Below are positions 46,113 to 52,135 of a stretch of DNA of 52,135 nt, one piece after another. The notes under the pieces were generated by a model. The model was not told where the DNA came from. It saw only the letters and a list, made by a program, of their open reading frames with translations, and searched no databases. A program made the translations under genes and the position numbers. Each line of letters begins with the position of its first letter. Within the stretch, counting starts at the first letter, position 1. The stretch is from Craspedostauros australis (Eukaryota), in assembly GCA_030167865.1 (NCBI GenBank), contig JALAGF010005804.1, forward strand, positions 1-52,135, written 5' to 3'.

Positions 46113-46867
46113 GTCCACGGTCACAAAGAACAAATGTGAAATGTACCACCTATGACGCCGCTGCATCCACAGACAAGACCCTTTTCTCCCTCACCAACCT
46201 TGCCGGCGAGAGCATTTGGCACCAAGTTGAAACAACCCCAAACCGTTTCTACCGCCAGGCCTCCATCCTCGAGGTAGAGGATTGCTACACTTTCATCGCT
46301 CAAGACGATGGTGGGGATGGGACCGAGTTCCTCCAGGTGCTGCACGATGGTAAGATCATCATCGACATTGAGTATGGCAACTTCGGCAGCATCATCCAGC
46401 GCAAGTTCGGATCGTTGTGCAAGTAACCAAGTGCACATCCGTGGATGCACATCAGTGGATGATTTCATGATAGTTTGTGTAATGTATAATATTATAATGA
46501 TTTGCAACATGTTTGTTGCTTGTTCGACCAGGTGGTGTTCTTTGCTCTCCACATGCGGACTATGGCTCATCCTTTCACAGCGCTGGTACACTCGGAATTG
46601 CGAATGCGTGGATCAAAGACAGAAGTATGTATGTATGCTCTCGAGGCGGTACGATGGCATCCATCGACCTTCAGCCTACTCTGTTTGATTGCGCGGTTTC
46701 ATCATCGCCCGCGTGCAATCTACAACACTGCTGCACTTCAGCATACCCTTCCACTCCAAACAAGACTGTGAAAGCGAGGGCAGATGAATTGGTTGATTGA
46801 ATCAATCATTACTTGCTGGCTAGCTCTCCTACGTCACACCATGCCGCAACGAACCTCGCCCAACGCT

Positions 46868-47557
46868 CTACTCCGTTCGGATCTTTGCCATCATGGACGC
46901 AATCGACGAAAAGCCGATACCTTCCTGATACGTTCGGTTGCGCTTGGTGTTGTTGCCCGATGCTGCGAATGTGACGGAGTCGGCCGACACGGATTCTACC
47001 GACGGCGCTGACAGCTCGGTGATATCCTCCGCCGATGCGACGCCGTCACCGAGAATCTCCAAAGCCGTGGCCAGCGGGACGTTACGGTAGCACAAGGCAA
47101 AGGCGGCCAGGATCTCGCATTGGATCGGGCCCATGGAGGAATCGATCAGGTTCTTGGAGTCGTTGTCCTCCATGGCATCCTTGACGGCGGCCAGCTCCTT
47201 CCAAAAGTCGGCAAAGTTGCACGCCGTCAGGAGCTGGTGGCATTTGGTGATGTTGGAGCACGGCGACGTCTTGCGCACGGCGTCCGGGATGAGGTAGAGG
47301 AAGGACATGAAGTCGGTCGATGGGAATTGCAGCATGGCGAGCAGCATGACCTTGCTGATGACGCCGCCGTTGTTGACCCCGGTTCCTGTGGTCTTGTACT
47401 GCTTCAGCAGCATGCGGTTGGCACGCGAGAAGTAGGGCTGCTGTCCCGTCACCTCCGCGTTGACGTAGGCCTCCAGAGCGGCCACGTTCGACGATGAGTA
47501 CGGCGACCGGTTCATCATGGTCTCCACCGCTTCCTTCGTTGGTGCATCGGGCGCCAT
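46868..47557 (-). CDS. EIF3K: Eukaryotic translation initiation factor 3 subunit K
   Basis: 229 aa. Motifs PYSSSNVAALEAYV, Y...ANRMLLKQY, KVMLLAMLQFPSTDF, LLTACNFADFW and the C-terminal E.I.FSSIASMM match the eIF3k PCI pattern. Confidence 0.85.
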   Translation of the reverse strand: MAPDAPTKEAVETMMNRSPYSSSNVAALEAYVNAEVTGQQPYFSRANRMLLKQYKTTGTGVNNGGVISKVMLLAMLQFPSTDFMSFLYLIPDAVRKTSPCSNITKCHQLLTACNFADFWKELAAVKDAMEDNDSKNLIDSSMGPIQCEILAAFALCYRNVPLATALEILGDGVASAEDITELSAPSVESVSADSVTFAASGNNTKRNRTYQEGIGFSSIASMMAKIRTE

Positions 47558-48110
47558 CTTTGCTGTCTTCTTTCTTTCTGTCGGTATGTGTTCTTTCAGT
47601 GCGGGATGCGGTCACGCGGATGCTGCTGACTGCGGGTAGGTGTATGTATGTACAGTCGTGAGCGTGGAGTGGAGTGCGGATGGATTGTGGTGGCTGATTG
47701 CGGCAATCGAGCGGCAAGCGACAACCGCTGTTTCATCATGGTCGATCCGTTTCTTGTGGACCTTTGGTGTTTGCTCGTCTGGCCATCGATCGTCTCTCCA
47801 CTATTTGACCAATTCGACTGTTTCGAACAGATCGCCTGTTTTGGCGAACTCGAAAGATACGGAAAGATCACGGCGACGAAAACATGTCGTTGTTGAAGAT
47901 CGAGCACACATGAGGCGAAAGGGTTCTGACGGACCTTCTCTCTGCGTGTCGCAAACATCCACCAAAGTCGAACGACACCCCGTCCACAAAGCAAGAACAA
48001 GAGCAACAGTAGTGCGCCAATAGCGACGAGCACATACATCATCTGCTGCCATTCCCTTCCGAAGAATTCTATAATATCAGATACTCCTCGCAATCGGCAT
48101 CTATCCAACC

Positions 48111-48892
48111 ATGGCGCCGCATCGCTTCTCGCTGACCATGCTGCTGACGATGACAGCGCTGGCCTCCGTCGCAACCGACGCGTACCAAGCATCATCGCGA
48201 AGACGCGTGCTGCGATCTCTGGTTGCTGCTCCGGCATTGACAGTTGGTGCGAATGCGGCGCACGCCAGCAAGATCTGCGCCTTTGGACAGGGCGAAGCCT
48301 GCGACGAGCTGTCGGAAGGCAACGCGTACATTCAAGAATTGCAACGACGCAGTTCGGAAAAGCGAGCAGCTATTGAGCAGGTGCGTGTTGGGTGGGTGGG
48401 TTGTTCTTGCTTGGGAGATGGTGTAGAGTTGTGTGCAATTGTGCTACAATGGTGGAGATGGCATGGGTATTGCATGAGGCACTAAATGGAATGAATCAAC
48501 GCATGAATGAGGCTCACCCCCTTTCATCTGCTCTCTCTTTCTCTTTCTTTCTTGGGCGAGAATGGCACCAATCAACCGAACTGCCGCGCTGCACTCTGGT
48601 CGCTGCTCCATGCTACCCTTCTGCTTCACTCTGTCCTTCACATACTCTCTATACCATACACACATGCGCGCAGGAAAACCGCAATGCGTACTACATGAAG
48701 AACTACCCTGACTTCTTCGCGACCGTGGGAAAGACGATGGTGAAGAGACCGGATGGATCATTTGAGCTTGTTTCGGATGAGGAGCTGGTGGAATTGAAGA
48801 AGGCCAACAAGGTGGGCGTGGAGTACGCGACCGCCATGGGAGGCCGAGTCAGGGATGTCACGCAGAAGCCGTTCCTCGTGTTCAAAGAATAA
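48111..48892 (+). CDS. Small hypothetical protein, probably plastid/thylakoid-targeted, 2 exons
   Basis: Exons 48111-48380 and 48674-48892 are joined by a GTGCGT...GCAG phase 0 intron. A signal peptide ends at TDA-YQ, followed by SRRRVL, a hydrophobic stretch and AHA. The mature part has a Cys pair (CAFGQGEAC) and YYMKNYPDFF. Confidence 0.7.
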
Positions 48893-50896
48893 GCAGAGTG
48901 TTTGCGGATGCTCTGATGGCATAGCTACGGGGCAAACTACTCGTATCTGTCTGGAATCTATGCTCTTGCCTACATACAACACCAATGGTCAACACCAATG
49001 ATCACTTCAGAATAAGAGCCGGATCAGTGAGTCGACCAACACTTTGAAATAGACCTCCAGAAATTTTCTCTCCTACATACTAACCAAGCACATATTCGTA
49101 ATCCCTTAGGTCTAATACAAATAATTAACCGTTACATTTTTGAGTTAGATCCTATTTTAAGTTTTACGGACCGATGGATATGCGCAATTTTCGATCTCTC
49201 TCGGGTTTCAGCCTGTCGCCTACGACTACATCGATCCAATTTAACCCTTTGCTGTTCTTCGTTTCAGCGACGTTGTTCCCATTTTGAATTGTTTAGTCTN
49301 NNNNNNNNNNNNNNNNNNNNNNNNNNNNNNNNNNNNNNNNNNNNNNNNNCGATCAGACCATCCAACAGTCCCTCCACGATAGCACTAGTTGTATAGTTTT
49401 GGGGGAAGCGGTGAGTCTGCGTTTACATTCATTCTACCCTCCGTTTGCTTAATCCGTCATCTACGTCACGACGATGGATACTGCGTCATGAGCCACCAAT
49501 CATAGCACGATGTGAAGCAGCATCAGCGACGTTTCGTCGTGACGGAATGGTCGAGTTGCATTGGTACTCCGGAAGTGTTTTGTGTCATGCTTCTTTCGTG
49601 CATTTGGTTAGGTGTTTGCAATTACCTCGGCCCCCAGCAAGTACGACTGGACGAGGGCGGCAAACCCCAAAAAACAACAACATGACAATGGCGGAACACC
49701 AAAAAACGCCACAATGGCCGTCCAACGGCAATCACTACGCCGCACCAACCAGTGGTCCAATGACAAATCCAAGCACATCGCCGTCACCGCGATGCAGCCG
49801 TTGGTGAGTGGACGAGAGGGGGTCGCGAGAGCGCTTGATTTGGGGCCGTCGCAGGCCCCAGATCAAACGTCACAATTTCGCACCAGATTGCCTCGTTGCA
49901 TATGGCCGGTGTACTCCATCCACAACCCACCCCAACGCCAATGGATGGGCAAGATGGCTCCAGGAGGCCAAGACCAAGATTCCCACGAAGTTTCAGGCTC
50001 GGGGAGGACCGGGAAGGCCTCCGCGCGGAGGAAAAAGTGGAGGGCAAGAGTTTTCGCGGTGTGTCGTGGGGCTTCCATCATGTGGCTTTGGCTGTGAAGG
50101 GCACCATCGCCAACTCACACAATCACCAAGCCACCCATACAAGATGCGTGCGGCATCGCCCGGAGATCCACCTCGCAAAGTGTCCGTCGCGGAGACGGTC
50201 TACAAGAGGCGGCACCCCACCATATCCGTTGAATGGTCGTTGGTGGTGGGTGCCCCAAAAATTCAATGGCATCACCAAATGGAGGTGTATCTTTGGGAGC
50301 ACACATGCCCATCCCATTCTGGATGCATCAGCGTGTCGCCAGGGAGTATGAGAATGCACGAGGACCACGTGGAGGGGCTGCAAGGATTGGATGAATGAGG
50401 CATGTATCCGTATCCGCACCACATCCAGATTGCGAATGGTTTTTTGACAACGCTCTTTTTCACTGCAGGGACACTTTGGGCCATGTCATGTGGGTATCTG
50501 TGGCCCATCTTCACGGAGTGGATAGATGGGGGAATACCAATCCATTGTGGTGCGCAGGTTATCAAAATACCAGGATGATGATGATGATCATGGGTGCTGA
50601 TTGGAGGGCAACATGGCTTGGTCGAGAATTTTGTGAATCCACCACACAACTGTGTGGTGGACCAACATGACACTAAAAAAATTTCTATGTCAATTTAACT
50701 TCGATATTCTGTATAAACACTCGTCAGGTGTATGAATGTACTGTTTAGATTTAATTGCAAACGATTTGTTGTTGAGAAATAGCATGATAAGCCGATATTT
50801 GGATGTGTTTTTGGATGGGCTCTAGACTCGTTTTAGTAGCCTTTCCAGGCACCCACAAAACTCCACAACTAGTGTTATCGCGGTGATGCACACCCA

Positions 50897-52135
50897 TCAC
50901 AAAATTTCCGTCTCATCACCCAACACAGCCTCACTTTCTGTGTTCACCTTCATTGTGTGAGCATCACACCACCTCTGATTCTCCAATTCCTCTTCCTCTC
51001 TCCGCAACTCTTCTTCTCTTCGTTCCTCCTCTGTTGCAGCTGGTGCATTGGAGGTTGCCACAATTACAGATGCTGTTCCTGTGCTTGTTGGGTTGGTGTT
51101 GGTGTTGGTTTCCGCCTTGAGAGCGGCCTGCTTCTTGTCCTTGCGTTGTTTGGCGTTGTACGCTGCAAACAACGACGCTTTGACGCGCATGGGATTTGCG
51201 TGCAGTTGTACGTACCAGTCCGTTTTGGTTTTTTCGTCATTCATCAGTTTCTCGTGTGCTTCGTGTTCGGACGGTCTGTTCTTCGGGTCCTTCGCGGACG
51301 CTGCGCAGATGTCCTTCAATTTGTCCGCGATGTAGTCTGGTAGTTTGGCGTTGGTCCGTGTTGTTTTGCTCGCCCAGCCTGGCACTGCGAGTGGTGGGTG
51401 TTCGGTTTCCGCGGTCTGGTCTTGTAGTGCTNNNNNNNNNNNNNNNNNNNNNNNNNNNNNNNNNNNNNNNNNNNNNNNNNNGCGTTGCTTGGCACTGTAC
51501 GCTGCAAACAGCGATGCTTTGACGCGCATGGGATTTGCATGCAGTTGTACGTACCAGTCAGTTTTTGTTTTTTCGTCGCTCATCAATTGCTCGTGTGCTT
51601 CGTGTTCGGATGGTCTGTTTTTCGGATCCTTCGCGGACGCTGCGCAGATGTCCTTCAATTTGTCCGCGATGTAGTCTGGTAGTTTGGCGTTGGTCCGTGT
51701 TGTTTTGCTCGCCCAGCCTGGCACTGCGAGTGGTGGGTGTTCGGTTTCCGCGGTCTGGTCTTGTAGTGCTGTGGTGTGATCGGATGGTAGATGTTGTTGT
51801 CCGTCTTGGAGGGCTTTGCCGATCGTGAACGCCTTGCTCTCTGTTGCTGTACGCCCNANTTTNCGNGTCTTGTCCGTCTTCCTGAATGATTCGGACGTAA
51901 TTGCCGGCTTGACGGACGTGAATGTTTTGTCCGCGATGACACCCAACTCGTTGATGATCCACCCTTCCCATTCAGCGCTCTTCACCACGACGTCTTCCGT
52001 GATTCCAGATGCAGCCACCAACTGCGCCTGGTCATCATCGTACTTCACCTCGTGAGTCATACGTACCTGTTGTCCAGATGCGCGGAATCGTCTTTTTGGT
52101 GCGCCAGGCAACGTGGTGATGTTGCCTGCCAGGAG
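50897..52135 (-). CDS. 3' end of a long ORF entering from the window edge, possibly transposon-derived
   Basis: The frame is open for about 400 codons, including an artefactual or allelic duplication across a gap. The motif GWAS...LPDYIADKLKDI...A.E.LM...VKASLF loosely recalls C-terminal helical domains of DNA-transposon-derived proteins. An acidic tail follows. Confidence 0.45.
   Translation of the reverse strand, partial: LLAGNITTLPGAPKRRFRASGQQVRMTHEVKYDDDQAQLVAASGITEDVVVKSAEWEGWIINELGVIADKTFTSVKPAITSESFRKTDKXXKXGRTATESKAFTIGKALQDGQQHLPSDHTTALQDQTAETEHPPLAVPGWASKTTRTNAKLPDYIADKLKDICAASAKDPKNRPSEHEAHEQLMSDEKTKTDWYVQLHANPMRVKASLFAAYSAKQRXXXXXXXXXXXXXXXXXALQDQTAETEHPPLAVPGWASKTTRTNAKLPDYIADKLKDICAASAKDPKNRPSEHEAHEKLMNDEKTKTDWYVQLHANPMRVKASLFAAYNAKQRKDKKQAALKAETNTNTNPTSTGTASVIVATSNAPAATEEERREEELRREEEELENQRWCDAHTMKVNTESEAVLGDETEIL

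Larger units (their letters stand above)
38560..46685 (+). repeat. Tandem duplication of the subtilisin locus (about 38560-41580 vs about 43800-46685)
   Basis: Colinear similarity covers the exons, parts of the intron and the 3' flank as far as CTTCAGCCTACTCTGT. Confidence 0.9.

Noticed and set aside
51143..51770. Apparent internal domain duplication in the terminal ORF
   Set aside because: The two 289-bp copies flank a 50-N gap and differ only by scattered SNPs; most likely a haplotype or overlap assembly artefact.

Overview
Eukaryotic nuclear DNA, most likely from a diatom: it has GT-AG introns, LHCX antenna genes, bipartite-type plastid targeting peptides and RXL motifs. It is a draft scaffold with four N gaps. 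The window is gene-dense. In order it holds: a DUF1517/FLAP1-like gene; a four-exon giant (about 3,500 aa) single-pass membrane mucin on the minus strand; a membrane-anchored cyclophilin-like gene; a DUF2358/NTF2-like plastid protein; a double U-box protein; a diatom-type 'RGLE' hypothetical protein; a signal-peptide-bearing ubiquilin; three LHCX genes (one divergent copy head-to-head with a recently duplicated pair); a frameshifted Cys-repeat secreted-protein gene; two tandem, probably GPI-anchored subtilisins; eIF3k; a small plastid protein; and a probably transposon-derived right end. Most interesting: (1) the giant mucin with an RXL-containing head domain, a 46-49 aa VNTR and a long cytosolic tail with a CxxC motif; (2) the LHCX cluster, in which all copies carry Phe at the Trp133-equivalent site linked to qE, with a TGACGT-rich shared promoter; (3) a coding-like orphan domain after the stop codon of both subtilisins. 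All family assignments come from motif recognition, not database searches.
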